From positions 64,001 to 128,000 of IMG/VR virus record IMGVR_UViG_3300037067_026010: a stretch of 64,000 nt of DNA; one strand, 5' to 3'. This stretch comes from a virus. Lineage: Duplodnaviria; Caudoviricetes. Below, piece after piece: positions 36,734-47,391 of this stretch (positions within the stretch are counted from its first letter, which is position 1; each line of letters begins with the position of its first letter). Both the position numbers and the translations under genes were made by a program. The notes beneath the pieces were generated by a model. The model made no database searches and was not told the DNA's origin. It was given only the letters and a program-made list of their open reading frames with translations.

Positions 36734-37672
36734 TCAACTTCGGTGGATTGCGTACCGGTCGAGCAGATGGGACATCCACATCTGGGCCTGTTCGCAATTC
36801 TGTATCTCACGCGGAACCCCTAAGGCGTAACGGCGGCCCGTCGACGGGTCGACGAACGCGAAACGCTGCGTACCATCACGCAGCCGGTACAATACCTCAT
36901 CCTGGGCATCCCGATCGTTATGCCGCTGGTCTACGACGGCCGCCCCCGAATCCTTCAAGTAACGCTCCCAGCCGAATCTTTCGATGCGCACGCGCTTGCT
37001 TTCCGCATTGCCGTCCGCTTCGATTTCTTCGAGGGTTTGCTTTTCCGGTGCCATGACGACATTCTTCGGCACCCGTACGCCGTGAATCGCGTACACTTCG
37101 AAGCCGTCGGCATAAGCCGTCGCCGGGCCGTCGTCGCAGTGAAGACGCCCTTCCTCCATGTGCAAGCTTGTCTGCCGCTCCGAAATGACGCAGAACTTCT
37201 CGAGCGGGTAGATCAGGCACGCCTCGTCCAGGCTCTTGAACAAATCCCAAGTTTCCGGATAAGGTTTTACGCCCAATACTTCGCGCATGTACTCGTAGTA
37301 GCTGATGTATCCAGCCCAGAACTGCATATCGGAATAAGGCCACACCAGGGACAACATCGTATCCCCGGCGCGCTTTTGCATTTCCGGCCAGCCAAGATCT
37401 TGCACTCCCAGCGCCCTGGTCCGGAACTCTTCCGCCGGCGTCTCGTCCACGAAAGAGGCCAGCCAGCATACCGCCGCCCATGCGGCTACCGGCGAGGGCA
37501 TAAAAATCGTAACGATCGGCTTCTCGCGGGAAAGGATTTCCGTGTAAAATCGATCGATTTTGCCCAAGAACGTATCGCGTTTGATGCGTTCGCAACTCAT
37601 GCCGCGGGCCAATCCCGCGTCTCGGTACTTATCCAATGCAGCTACCTGTTCCTCGGTAAGTGAGGTAATCAT
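36734..37672 (-). CDS. DUF6745-domain protein
   Basis: MITSLTEEQ start; LHCDDGPATAYADGFEVYAIHGVRVP, NAESKRVRIERFGWERYL, DPSTGRRYALGVP. Confidence 0.8.
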   Translation of the reverse strand: MITSLTEEQVAALDKYRDAGLARGMSCERIKRDTFLGKIDRFYTEILSREKPIVTIFMPSPVAAWAAVCWLASFVDETPAEEFRTRALGVQDLGWPEMQKRAGDTMLSLVWPYSDMQFWAGYISYYEYMREVLGVKPYPETWDLFKSLDEACLIYPLEKFCVISERQTSLHMEEGRLHCDDGPATAYADGFEVYAIHGVRVPKNVVMAPEKQTLEEIEADGNAESKRVRIERFGWERYLKDSGAAVVDQRHNDRDAQDEVLYRLRDGTQRFAFVDPSTGRRYALGVPREIQNCEQAQMWMSHLLDRYAIHRS

Positions 37673-37768
37673 CGTCGTTCGCTCCTTGTTTGATGGTCCG
37701 TCCTAACACAACTTTATAGCCTATTTTATAGGTTAAGCAAGGGATCCGTATCCTTGAACATCCGGTTA

Positions 37769-38020
37769 CTACCCGCGCGCCGGCGCGCGGCCTCTACTTG
37801 GCGAGAACCTGCGTTCCCCTGATCTTAGCTCGCGCCGGGTGGTCTCCCAAATATCGCCGCATACGTCCAGCAAATCACTGCCAATCAGGCAAGTCGAGAC
37901 GTACGCCGCAATTGTTCGCGCAGTTTGTTTATCGATCTGCCCCATGATCTCGTTTAGCAGGCATTGTTCTGCGGCCTGGCTTGCTGCCTGCAATTGCCGA
38001 AGCACGCCCGAGTTATTCAT
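37769..38020 (-). CDS. Small hypothetical protein
   Basis: ATGA overlap with the upstream gene. Confidence 0.5.
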   Translation of the reverse strand: MNNSGVLRQLQAASQAAEQCLLNEIMGQIDKQTARTIAAYVSTCLIGSDLLDVCGDIWETTRRELRSGERRFSPSRGRAPARG

Positions 38021-39096
38021 CGCCCGAACTGCTCCTCCAGGGCCGCCGTTGCAGCGTGCATGGCCTTAGGCAACGGAATGTGCAGCGCAACGCGGAGAAG
38101 CTCGTACAAGCTCCATATTTCCCCCAGCAATCGTGGCGTCCCCGCGGGCAATGCCGTGTCCGGTGCACAGCGGTGCAGGGCGCCGTATAGGCGCTCCGTC
38201 TCCGCCAATAGCTGTTCTGTGACATCCGACAGTGCCCACGCATCCTTGACAGGTGCCACGACTTTCGGCAGATCGCGCAGTTGGAGCCCGCACATCGCCA
38301 CGGTCCAGCAATACGCGACGGCTGTTTTGCCAAACAGATCCGTCTGAGTGCTTATATCGGCCTCGCGTGCCGGCGGCGTCGACTGCTGTAGCAACCCGAG
38401 CCAGATATTGCCAACATGTTCACGCAAACGCATGGTCCAGTATTGCACGGGGAAAGTCTGGGCGCAGCGCCCGTCTTTGTCCTTGGCGTTACGTGCATGC
38501 AGCTTCCGGATCATGGCATACAACATTTCCCACGAATTGGCCGATACCGTGTCATCCGCCGCCAGTCGCCCCAAGCACACGCCGTCGTATGCTTTTCGCA
38601 AATCAAGCACCGTTTGGTAGGCCCGACTCCAACCGTAGTCGCCTTGGACCGCTGGCTGATGCGTGGCTCCCTCCGCTGCCGTTAGACAGGCAGCTAATTG
38701 CACCCGCAGTTGCTCTATCTCCTGTGCTTGCGCCGACTCCTCTGCCCGCGCGGGTGTGCAGGCGACAGTGCAACACCGGAACACCTCGTCGAGCGGTTTG
38801 CCACTAGCCAATGCGTCGGCCAGCTCTTTGAGGCTGTCCGCTATGCGGGCAGAGACGGGAGGCGAGGCTTCCGCGGCCTCTGTGCACGATGCAGCCGCTT
38901 CGACCGGCGGGCACGTGCAAACGCGCAGCTGCTCCAACGCGGTAACGCGCGTGGCCAACGCTGCCACGTCGTCCCGCAATTGCAGCAACAGTACCTCGGA
39001 TTCTTTTACGATAACAGTTTTCGTATGTGCTGCATTTGCCACAGCTTTGGCCACTTGCGCGGCGGGTGCTTCTTGGGACATAATGTACTCCTGCAA
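38017..39096 (-). CDS. Hypothetical phage protein
   Basis: ~355 aa; helical, contains EQLRVQLAACLTAAEG...GDYGWS. Confidence 0.6.
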   Translation of the reverse strand: MQEYIMSQEAPAAQVAKAVANAAHTKTVIVKESEVLLLQLRDDVAALATRVTALEQLRVCTCPPVEAAASCTEAAEASPPVSARIADSLKELADALASGKPLDEVFRCCTVACTPARAEESAQAQEIEQLRVQLAACLTAAEGATHQPAVQGDYGWSRAYQTVLDLRKAYDGVCLGRLAADDTVSANSWEMLYAMIRKLHARNAKDKDGRCAQTFPVQYWTMRLREHVGNIWLGLLQQSTPPAREADISTQTDLFGKTAVAYCWTVAMCGLQLRDLPKVVAPVKDAWALSDVTEQLLAETERLYGALHRCAPDTALPAGTPRLLGEIWSLYELLRVALHIPLPKAMHAATAALEEQFGR

Positions 39097-39137
39097 ATAA
39101 CGGGGATTAAGGTAATAAGTTTACGTTTTACAGTACG

Positions 39138-39884
39138 TTAAGAAACAGCTGTCGGTTTATGAACGCCGAATCCGCGGAAGCTATCGCAACTGCGACTCTC
39201 GTCCACCCAGCAGGCGGCCACCGGCAGTATAGCACCGGCAATAAGTGCGCTATTGAGTAAGCCCAAGGCGGTAATCGTTCCTGCACGCTCCCAGGACACG
39301 CCCCTAAGTTCACCGCACACGTGGGGTACATCCAACGCTGCCTTGGTAATAGTCACCCGCTGTGTTATCAGGTGCCAAATCGCGGCTTTGTCCTCGCGCG
39401 TAACATCATTCAACACACTAATGATGGCATGGTGCTGGAGGTCTACAAAACCCTCCAGGAGAGTGCGCAACACGTCACGCTCCGCTCCCGAAATCTCCAG
39501 GTGGTTCGCAGAGATGTACAAGTCCAAGGCCCGTTCGATAATAGGGGCAGCTTCAGATTTTTTCTCCACGGTGGGCGTGGACGCCTCTGCCTGTGCCGGG
39601 GCCGGGGCCGGGGCCGGGGCTGGAGTCGCAGCAGGCACTGCAGGTGCCGCGAGCCTATCGATTAACGGCGCGGGCGGTTCCGGAATCGTGCCGCGGATCG
39701 CGTCGTAACACAGTATGGCGTATTCGCGTGCCGTCAGCTCTATCTCTTGCGCTCCACCCCAGCTATGTTTGATCGGTTGGCCGGCGAAATAGAAACATTC
39801 CCATCGCTGGGTGTCGCGAGCGCGGCCTTGATACCAGCCAGGCTCCTGTGGGATAAACGTATCGTGTGGAATCAGATTACGCAT
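39138..39884 (-). CDS. Hypothetical protein with an AP linker
   Basis: 248 aa; GGAG RBS. Confidence 0.6.
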   Translation of the reverse strand: MRNLIPHDTFIPQEPGWYQGRARDTQRWECFYFAGQPIKHSWGGAQEIELTAREYAILCYDAIRGTIPEPPAPLIDRLAAPAVPAATPAPAPAPAPAQAEASTPTVEKKSEAAPIIERALDLYISANHLEISGAERDVLRTLLEGFVDLQHHAIISVLNDVTREDKAAIWHLITQRVTITKAALDVPHVCGELRGVSWERAGTITALGLLNSALIAGAILPVAACWVDESRSCDSFRGFGVHKPTAVS

Positions 39885-39889
39885 TTTTT

Positions 39890-40417
39890 TTACTCTCCTA
39901 AAGTTAGAAGTTCAGGGTATTTGTCGGGCAATAGGATACATCCGATTTTGTCCGTACTTACGGAACACGCCTGGCGTACATCACGTCCCGCCAGGCGCCA
40001 CAGGCCCTCGACGACAACGCAACCGGTACCCAATCCGACAACATCGCCACGCACCCAACACGGTGGCCACGGATCCGAACCGATCGTCGTGCGAACAAGC
40101 ACTGTCTCTCCGACGGCAGGCAGCCAACCTGCCGGCACGACAGGTCTCACGGCGTATCCGAAGTCCGGCAGAATGTACCAGGCCCTCCGTGGCGCGGCCG
40201 TATAATACCCCGGTTCGCGGTAAACCGCGACTCTGAAGCCGGTTGGCGACAGTTGGTCGATTTCGCCGTAGTCTGCCTGCTGGTCCGGCCAATAATGCCG
40301 GATGCGGACAACCTCGCCGATGCGCGGCACCCGCTTGGCCTGCACGACCTGCGCAATCGGCTTATCCCACAACATGCGTTCTTCAGGCTGTACCTGCGGT
40401 CTGGGTCGCTTTGCCAT
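39890..40417 (-). CDS. Hypothetical protein (possibly tandem SH3/KOW-like)
   Basis: Two P.(I/V)GE.V.(I/V)R segments; GAGGTG RBS. Confidence 0.5.
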   Translation of the reverse strand: MAKRPRPQVQPEERMLWDKPIAQVVQAKRVPRIGEVVRIRHYWPDQQADYGEIDQLSPTGFRVAVYREPGYYTAAPRRAWYILPDFGYAVRPVVPAGWLPAVGETVLVRTTIGSDPWPPCWVRGDVVGLGTGCVVVEGLWRLAGRDVRQACSVSTDKIGCILLPDKYPELLTLGE

Positions 40418-40853
40418 CACCCACCTCCTCGGCCGGTGCCTCTTCTGAAAGCGGCGGCATGCCGACGGCCAGACCCCGCCGCCGCAGTTCGCCGAGCAAC
40501 GCTTCGGTGCTATAACGCTCCAGCGATCTTGGCACGGCTGTCCGCAATTCCTGCGCCTTCCGCCAGGCCATGAATGCTTCCGCCTTGTCGGCGAAGCTGT
40601 GCAGAGAGCCATCCGCGGCCACACTGAAGTACAGAATGCTATTTCGCTCTCCCTGCTCGGTAAATTCTCTCTGCCCGGCTGCAACGATATCGCCTCGCTC
40701 GGCCTGCACCGTCAACAATCCGCAATATTCGCCTCCCGCGAAGGTGCCGTAATGCCACGCGTCCGCCCCGCTCTCCGCGAACTCTACGCGGGCGATCCAC
40801 GGCTGGCCATAACGCTTTGCGCTGTAGGCGCTGGTACTGAGTTCTATTTGCAC
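40383..40853 (-). CDS. Hypothetical phage protein
   Basis: GTG start; KRYGQPWIARV; C-terminal YSTEALLGELRRRG. Confidence 0.55.
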   Translation of the reverse strand: MQIELSTSAYSAKRYGQPWIARVEFAESGADAWHYGTFAGGEYCGLLTVQAERGDIVAAGQREFTEQGERNSILYFSVAADGSLHSFADKAEAFMAWRKAQELRTAVPRSLERYSTEALLGELRRRGLAVGMPPLSEEAPAEEVGDGKATQTAGTA

Positions 40854-40857
40854 TTGT

Positions 40858-41412
40858 CTACCCTTTCTGTGGTTTACCGTTCGTTTTTTCGGCGTACGGC
40901 AGTTTCTGCGCGATGATGGTGTTCCCCTTGCGGACATTGCAGGCCTTGCAGGCCAACTGCAGATTCAATACGCTGTTCGACCCGCCGCGATGGATCGGGA
41001 TAATATGATCCAACGTCGCTATAGGTAGAGTCTTGTCTGCCCCGGCTTGGTTAGCCAACCGTAGCTTGCAGCCGCAGAGGCTGCAATAGGGGTGTTTATC
41101 GAAAAGCTTGCGCTTGATCCGATAATAGTGATCCTGCGATTCAAGCCGCGCCCCGCGCTTCGTGCCGCCCTGCCCGACCTGCGCCGCCAGGATTGCCGTG
41201 CGCATGCCTCCATTGTGGGAGCCGTGTGTGCCTTGCACATGATACTTCGGCCCGTCCTTGGCATAAGGCCAGAAGTTCACGGTAAACGGCCCGTCGAGAA
41301 TCTGCCAATGAAAGTCCGTGCAGCGGTACGCCCGAAGCTTCGCCCCCTCCACGAGTTTCTGGAATTGTGCGAAGGTCGGACGCCGCTGGAACTCCTCGTA
41401 AGTGATGTGCAT
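40858..41412 (-). CDS. HNH endonuclease
   Basis: CSLCG...ATLDHIIPIHRGGSNSVLNLQLACKACNVRKG. Confidence 0.9.
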   Translation of the reverse strand: MHITYEEFQRRPTFAQFQKLVEGAKLRAYRCTDFHWQILDGPFTVNFWPYAKDGPKYHVQGTHGSHNGGMRTAILAAQVGQGGTKRGARLESQDHYYRIKRKLFDKHPYCSLCGCKLRLANQAGADKTLPIATLDHIIPIHRGGSNSVLNLQLACKACNVRKGNTIIAQKLPYAEKTNGKPQKG

Positions 41413-41419
41413 GACACCC

Positions 41420-41842
41420 TCACGTTCCGCTGCTTGTCGACAGCCGTTTGAGGCAATCGGGGCAGTATAGGTTACCCTTGTACATCCGCCATCCGGTGGC
41501 ATTAAGCACGACGCGCAAAGCGCAGCGCGCGGATGCTTCGCCAACACCTTCCACGTTGCGCCGGCACGCGCAATCGTGGCATAGGACAAATACCTGAGAC
41601 TGCATGGCCGCGTCCAGCGCATCGGCCACGGGGGTCGCAGGTGCCGAAGTTGTCACGGTCGGCACGTGGGGCACAGGCAACGGTTGCGGCGCTGCCTCCG
41701 GCTCTTGCAGCGTTTGCAGTATTTCGCCGTAGGCTTTAAGTCGCCACTGGATCAGTTCGTGCTGCGCCGTTTCGGCAGCTTGGAGCCCAGCCAGGCCTTG
41801 CCGTACGCGGTCGAGGGTCTCCCGTCGTTCTGTTGTCGTCAT
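41420..41842 (-). CDS. Zn-finger-containing hypothetical protein
   Basis: CHDC...GW......YCPDC. Confidence 0.6.
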   Translation of the reverse strand: MTTTERRETLDRVRQGLAGLQAAETAQHELIQWRLKAYGEILQTLQEPEAAPQPLPVPHVPTVTTSAPATPVADALDAAMQSQVFVLCHDCACRRNVEGVGEASARCALRVVLNATGWRMYKGNLYCPDCLKRLSTSSGT

Positions 41843-41851
41843 GTTTGCACC

Positions 41852-42238
41852 TTATACCTTGTCTATGTGAGTGCCGTCGTCTTCGGCGGCAAAGTATTGT
41901 TTAGGATGTACTGGCACGGTAAATTCCACCAGCGCGATATTGGCGATGTCGACGAGGTGTTCCGCATTGCCGGTCTCGCGATAAGCGTCCAGGTGCTTTT
42001 GCATCCCGGAAATGTTGTCGTAACGCCGAGTCTTTTGCACTTCAAGGGGGCCGTAACGGTAGGCCCCCACGATCAGTCTGTTGCGCATTAGCCGCTCGAA
42101 CTCGGCGTTCCACTGCGTTTGAATAAGCTTCTCGTGGTCCGCATCGCTGACGTGCTCCGGGACCGGCGGGTCCGGCAGGCCGCATTTCCAGCACCAGGCC
42201 GCTGCGAAGAATTCGGAGAGTAACTGCGGTCCGTCCAT
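41852..42238 (-). CDS. Conserved phage helical protein, possibly an all-alpha NTP pyrophosphatase relative
   Basis: FERLMRNRLIVGAYRYG...YRETGNAEHLVDIANIALVEF. Confidence 0.5.
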   Translation of the reverse strand: MDGPQLLSEFFAAAWCWKCGLPDPPVPEHVSDADHEKLIQTQWNAEFERLMRNRLIVGAYRYGPLEVQKTRRYDNISGMQKHLDAYRETGNAEHLVDIANIALVEFTVPVHPKQYFAAEDDGTHIDKV

Positions 42239-42489
42239 AGCTGGCCTCGTCTCGTCGAGATAGCTGCTTCCTGTATTAGATTACCCAGGGCTTCGAGGTG
42301 CTTACCCTTAGTGCCGCCGGACTAGGCAAGTGCCGACGATGCTGCCGAAAAGAAACTATAGCAAACTGCCTGGCAAATTGCCAGCATGTACTTCGCAATA
42401 AAAAACGCGCCCCGGCGCCGGGATGCGTTCGCGGGGCAGGACGAACGCACAAGAACCGGTCACCGGGGCGCACAGTAAGACACGCCGCG

Positions 42490-42517
42490 ATTATAACACA
42501 AGCTATTTTGGGGGCAA
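42490..42517 (-). promoter_or_regulatory. Sigma70-type promoter TTGCCC-N16-TATAAT with an extended TG
   Basis: Near-consensus hexamers; palindrome copy 4 sits directly upstream of the -35 box. Confidence 0.6.
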
Positions 42518-42518
42518 G

Positions 42519-42534
42519 CGGTGTTTAATTACCG
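42519..42534 (-). promoter_or_regulatory. 16-bp palindrome, copy 4 (1 mismatch), just downstream of parB
   Basis: CGGTGTTTAATTACCG on the + strand. Confidence 0.7.
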
Positions 42535-42551
42535 CGTGCTGTCGCGCCGGA

Positions 42552-43424
42552 TTACTCAGCAAACGAGTCCAGCAGCTGGATCAGGTCGCTGATGGTGGCA
42601 TCCACCGATGCTGCGATCGCTTCACGGTCTTTTTTCGCACAACCTTTGTAAAGTCGATCGAATTCCTGCGCGGGCATATCCAGGTATTCTCCTACGCGCG
42701 CCCTGATTTGCTTCATAAAACCCAACAAGCGCACGACATGGTCCTTGGGAGATTGTATGGCACCCACCCTTACTGAGGCGGTTCGCGACGCGCCCATGAT
42801 GAATCGGCGTGCCTCCGACATGCCCATTTTGGCGGCGGTAATGCGCTTTGCCAGCTCCAGTTGCATTTCCTGCGGCAGCGGCACGAGCAATTGCGCCAGG
42901 GAGAACGTCAGCCTACCGCTGCCGCCGGCGCGCTCCCGCTTCTTGTCGCACGGCGCCACCAGCATCGGCCGGATTTCCGGATGCAATCTGCAGAGGTTCG
43001 CGTGCTGCATGACGTAGCACGTCGATTTGCCGAATATCTCGGCGATCTCTTTGACGGTTTTGCCGTGCGCCGAAAGCCGGTTTACCGCTGCGGCGATCTC
43101 CAGGCAGTTGTGTTTCTGCGCGTGAAAATTCGCCATGACGGCGACGGCAAAGCGATCCTCGGGCTCGGGTCGCACGATAACTTCGATAGGTATATTGGCA
43201 TGCAGACAGGCCTGCAGTCTGCGCTCGCCGTCGATCAGCTCGTAGTCGTAGCCCTCCAAGTCGCACGTAGTGACCTCGATCGGCTGACGCTGGCCGAAGG
43301 TCTTGATGCTTCGGGCCAGCTGCGCAATGTTGCGAAAATCGCTTCGCGGTTGCCCGACAAATGGTTTGACGCGCGCAGGGTCTACTGTCGCCAGGCGCGA
43401 TTGCGCCTGCTTTATCTTTTCCAT
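42552..43424 (-). CDS. parB: ParB/KorB-family CTPase with an HTH domain
   Basis: GQPR, LARSIKTFGQRQPI, YELIDGERRLQA, and HTH KTVKEIAEIFGKSTCYVMQ. Confidence 0.88.
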   Translation of the reverse strand: MEKIKQAQSRLATVDPARVKPFVGQPRSDFRNIAQLARSIKTFGQRQPIEVTTCDLEGYDYELIDGERRLQACLHANIPIEVIVRPEPEDRFAVAVMANFHAQKHNCLEIAAAVNRLSAHGKTVKEIAEIFGKSTCYVMQHANLCRLHPEIRPMLVAPCDKKRERAGGSGRLTFSLAQLLVPLPQEMQLELAKRITAAKMGMSEARRFIMGASRTASVRVGAIQSPKDHVVRLLGFMKQIRARVGEYLDMPAQEFDRLYKGCAKKDREAIAASVDATISDLIQLLDSFAE

Positions 43425-43523
43425 CGGCTTCCTTCCTCGCATAAGTCCGCAGTACGCCGAGTTTTCCATACTCACGTTCGTAGGTGGCATTTCGCGCCCT
43501 TTGTACCTGTTCCTGGTAATTCG

Positions 43524-43539
43524 CGGTGCTTAACTACCG
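43524..43539 (-). promoter_or_regulatory. 16-bp palindrome, copy 5 (1 mismatch), just upstream of parB
   Basis: CGGTGCTTAACTACCG on the + strand. Confidence 0.7.
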
Positions 43540-46500
43540 CCGATCTCCTCGCACACTTCCGCCACGTCGTCTTCGTCGATTTTGAAACTGAGCGTTTGCA
43601 TAAGCTTGCGCGCTGCCTCGTCCGCGCTGACGCCCAAACGCTGCGCCTCGCTATTCACACAGCACCGAAACAGCTCCATTTCACGGTTCGTCAATAAACT
43701 CGCCGCCATGATACCTCTCCTTTCTTGGAAAATAAACACCGATTAGTCGCGCTGCAGCTGCATCACCGTTCACCGCGGGCTTGATATCGGGCCTGTGCTA
43801 TGTACATTCGCGTCTCCGCGCGAATTACGTCACCTACGCGACTATGATCGTCGTTGGCAACGCCCGTCCGTATTTGGGACCCGACCGCCTGATCAGCCTC
43901 GTACAGCTCTGCACTGCCGTCGTACGCTTCCCAAATGGCATCTTCGGCAATAGCGGGCTCCGTACAGACGTGTAAATAAATGATTGTTAGCGATTGGCCG
44001 GCACGCCGTGTGCATTCGGGCAACATCGCGATTTCTCCTTTTGTGGCGCATCAGACCTGAGCAGCGTCGCTGGTCTCCAGTGTCGAGCGCAGTTCTTCGC
44101 AGAATATCTGTATGGGTTCCCAAATGTGCTCCACGACCATCTCCTGGACGTGTATTACAACCGCGGCGTGCACGCTATTCATGCCGGTCTGTCGCTGCAG
44201 GCAATGTACCACTTCGTGCAATTGGCCCGCAAGGTCGGCACGCGTCATGATACTGCCTCCTCTTTTGTGGCCGTGGCCTGCGTTTCGACAGGGTCCCCAA
44301 TCGCGGTAAGCGTCAGCCAGCAGGAATAACTTATACCGCGCCAAATCGTATATTCAACAGCCTGATGCACGAAGTTCGGCCATGGTAACGCCAGCCGCAT
44401 AGCTGTCTCGGCTACACGCAGTTGCCAGGGAATGGCATGTTCGGAGGTCATGGGGCCACCTCCGCCGTCGCAGCCTCGGCCTGAGCGTCAATAGACCTCT
44501 TAATTGCAAACTGCAGCACCCTCCAGCAGGGGACGGCAGCACTACCCCAAATCGTATGATCGACGGCCTGCGAAACGTGCCGGCCCGCAATCGGCACTAC
44601 TGCATACCGGGCCACGTCCAGTTGTGCTTGGATGCTGTCCTTGTGTGTCATAAATACCGCACTCCTTTAGTCCGCGGGAACATCCAGGTCGACATAAGCG
44701 AGGCACACGAGCCGACATATCGCGCCCCAGAATTCCTGCGTAATTGTCAGGCCGCCCGCCCCGCCTTCGATGAAGCCGTGTTCACGCCACGATCGCAACA
44801 CCTCGCGCTCCTCTTTAGAGATGTGCGCCGGCTCTAGTTTCTGCGAATTCATCATCACATGCATAACGTACGGCATCAAACGCAATTCCGTCACGCTGGT
44901 CGCGTAACCGAGCAGCTTTTCCGCCTCTCTTTGCACGCGCGGGGTCAACGCCCCTCGTTTTTGATCCATGATTTGCTCCTGTTGTCGCAGGGTTAGCCCA
45001 GTTCAGGCCGCCGTAGCATTTCGCATATCTGCATTGCAACGCCCACCCGGATGACGTCCTGCATATCTGCGTAGTCGCCCGACACCGGATAATAAGCAAG
45101 ACCCATGACGTCTTCTCTTGTTCGTATGATGCGCCGCGCGCATAGGAACTGAATAGCTTCAGGGACCTGCATATAAACGTACATCAGCCCCGGTTCTACC
45201 ACGCGCTCCAGGCAGAGGTCGCCTACCTGGTACCGGACCTCCTCAAGAATTTGTGTCATCGCCTGCCTCCATGCTTTCACGGGTACTCGCCCGACTTTGC
45301 TCCGCGAGTTGCCTAACGACGCCAGTCCACATCGAAAATAGCTGGCGGGAGCACTGCGCTTGTACGTCGTAACTGGTAACACCGGCGAGCCTAGGCAAAT
45401 ACCTTAGCAGTTCGTTCTCGCTCTGCCGCAACCCGCGCAGGCGCTTATTTACTTTTTTACGTTTGGTCGCCATTTAATTCCTCCAGTATGCAGTCATCCA
45501 TTTGATCCCGTACTGCCCTGGCGATATTGTCCGGATCGTGCGTCGCGTCGAACCGGTCGCGTATTGTGGCACGGACTGCCGCACAGACAGCGTCGCGTGT
45601 GGCAGCCACTAAGGGCGTATCCACGTCGATACGTATAGCTTCGGGAACATGCCCCGCAAACAGCGCCCGCAGGCTGGTGCAAAACCGGTCCTGACACAGG
45701 AATGTGGCTAGGTTCATGTTGCCTCCATTATTGTTTTTCTTCGCGGTGGTCTTCCGCTAATTTCTGGTGCAACTCGTTGATCTGCGCATTCTTTTTGTGC
45801 AGTATCTTGTACAAGCGCGTCAGCTCTGCGCGAGACGCTTTCACGATCCTATTCAACAAAGCAACTGTCTTCTTCGGCAAAGTCAGCATTTCCGTAGCTG
45901 CCACGCCCGCCACAGGTGGATTTGTTGCCAGCCTTGATGCCAGCTGTTCGCGGTATCGATACACAAGCTCCCGCAATTCCGCGGCCATCTTTGCCAAATG
46001 TGGATGCTCCTCCGCGCATTTGCAATAGGTCAGTGCCGCCAGCTGACAGGCGGCAATATGCGCCGGGTCGTCCGCGCTGGCGTTTCCGTCGATTCTGAGC
46101 ACGAAATACATTGCGTCGGGATCCACGGGGCCGCCATCGACTTTAGTGATATTGTAGCGCTGGTGTAACCCGGTCGGGTTGTCTTGGCTTGTAGGCAACA
46201 TATGCAATCTCCTTCAAATTTAATTCAACAGGGCGCATCCACGGCTTCAGGCCTCGGCAACCTATATATCTTGTCGCCTACGATTCGATGCGTCGGTGTT
46301 TCGAACGGTTCGCACGTACGATATTCGCACCCGGCGTCGTCGCTCAGGCGTATCACGCTATCGCTTTGGCACTGGTAGTAGCGCACAACGCGGTTTATCG
46401 GATCGTTTCCGGCCATCTAGCCCCCCTTCCGCTTAATCTGCGCGTGCAATCGTTTGAATTGCCGAATGTTGGCGCGCGTGTGTTTAACTACATCCTTGAA

Positions 46501-47391
46501 ATCCTTCGGGATCTCCTGTTTGAGTTTGGCTCCTCGGTAAACCTCGAAGGTGTTCGCGTCGATATAGGACTCTTCATACTCGATGGCCAGCCGTAGAGCA
46601 TGCAGCATTATCTGGCAGTCACGTTGGTTCATTTTGTTACCTCAGGTCCTCCTCGTCGAATTCTATTGCACTGGCGAAGGCTGGCGAGTACGCGATCATA
46701 TACGCCAGCCGCACTTTCGTTTGCTTTTCAAACCATTCTTCCAAGGTTATTGCGAAGTTGTTCGATGCGCAGATCAACCAGTCGTTTCTGTCGCCGCCTA
46801 AAGCAACGGGACAGTCCGCAGCGCCGCTTAGCAGTTCAGACATAGCGTCACACTGCTCGTAACAACAATGATACATCGCTCCGCATTTCAATATTGCTTT
46901 TGCCAATAGGTAGGCTGCATTGCTGACGATTAACATGCTTCTCTCCTTTTTTCTTTTTTTTAGGTTGTGGGGCGATGCCCTGCGGATATAACGGCCCCTG
47001 CCTGTGCCCTGATCAACCGATAGCCAGGCACCCACGCCTTGATGTGTCCCTCGATCTCGTGTATCGTCCGCATCCCGACGCTTGCCCTGGCACTATCGGC
47101 CAGTTCATCCAGCACACTATGCTCAGCCGCTCTCGGCACTTGGCTCACCAGCAGGTGCATCAAACGGCGGCAGGCATACGAGGCCTTTTGAGCTTGCACG
47201 GCTGCGCGGGCGGTATCGTAAAGCGGCTGCTGCAACTCGAAACCTGCGCTGATCCTGCCTAGTATGAAGGACTTTTGGCGGGGGCCGATACGGCCCGCTG
47301 CTGCCGTACCCACGGCACCGAAATAGTTGTACCATGCCGCCGCCAAGTCATTCCAAAGCGCGTTTAACAACTCCTCTTCCGTTCGGCACAT
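43530..47391 (-). other. Run of about 14 small hypothetical phage genes (e.g. 44667-44969, 45457-45717, 45728-46207, 46417-46632, 46637-46936, 46960-47391)
   Basis: Tightly spaced minus-strand ORFs, many with GGAG-type RBSs; no recognisable catalytic motifs. Confidence 0.6.
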
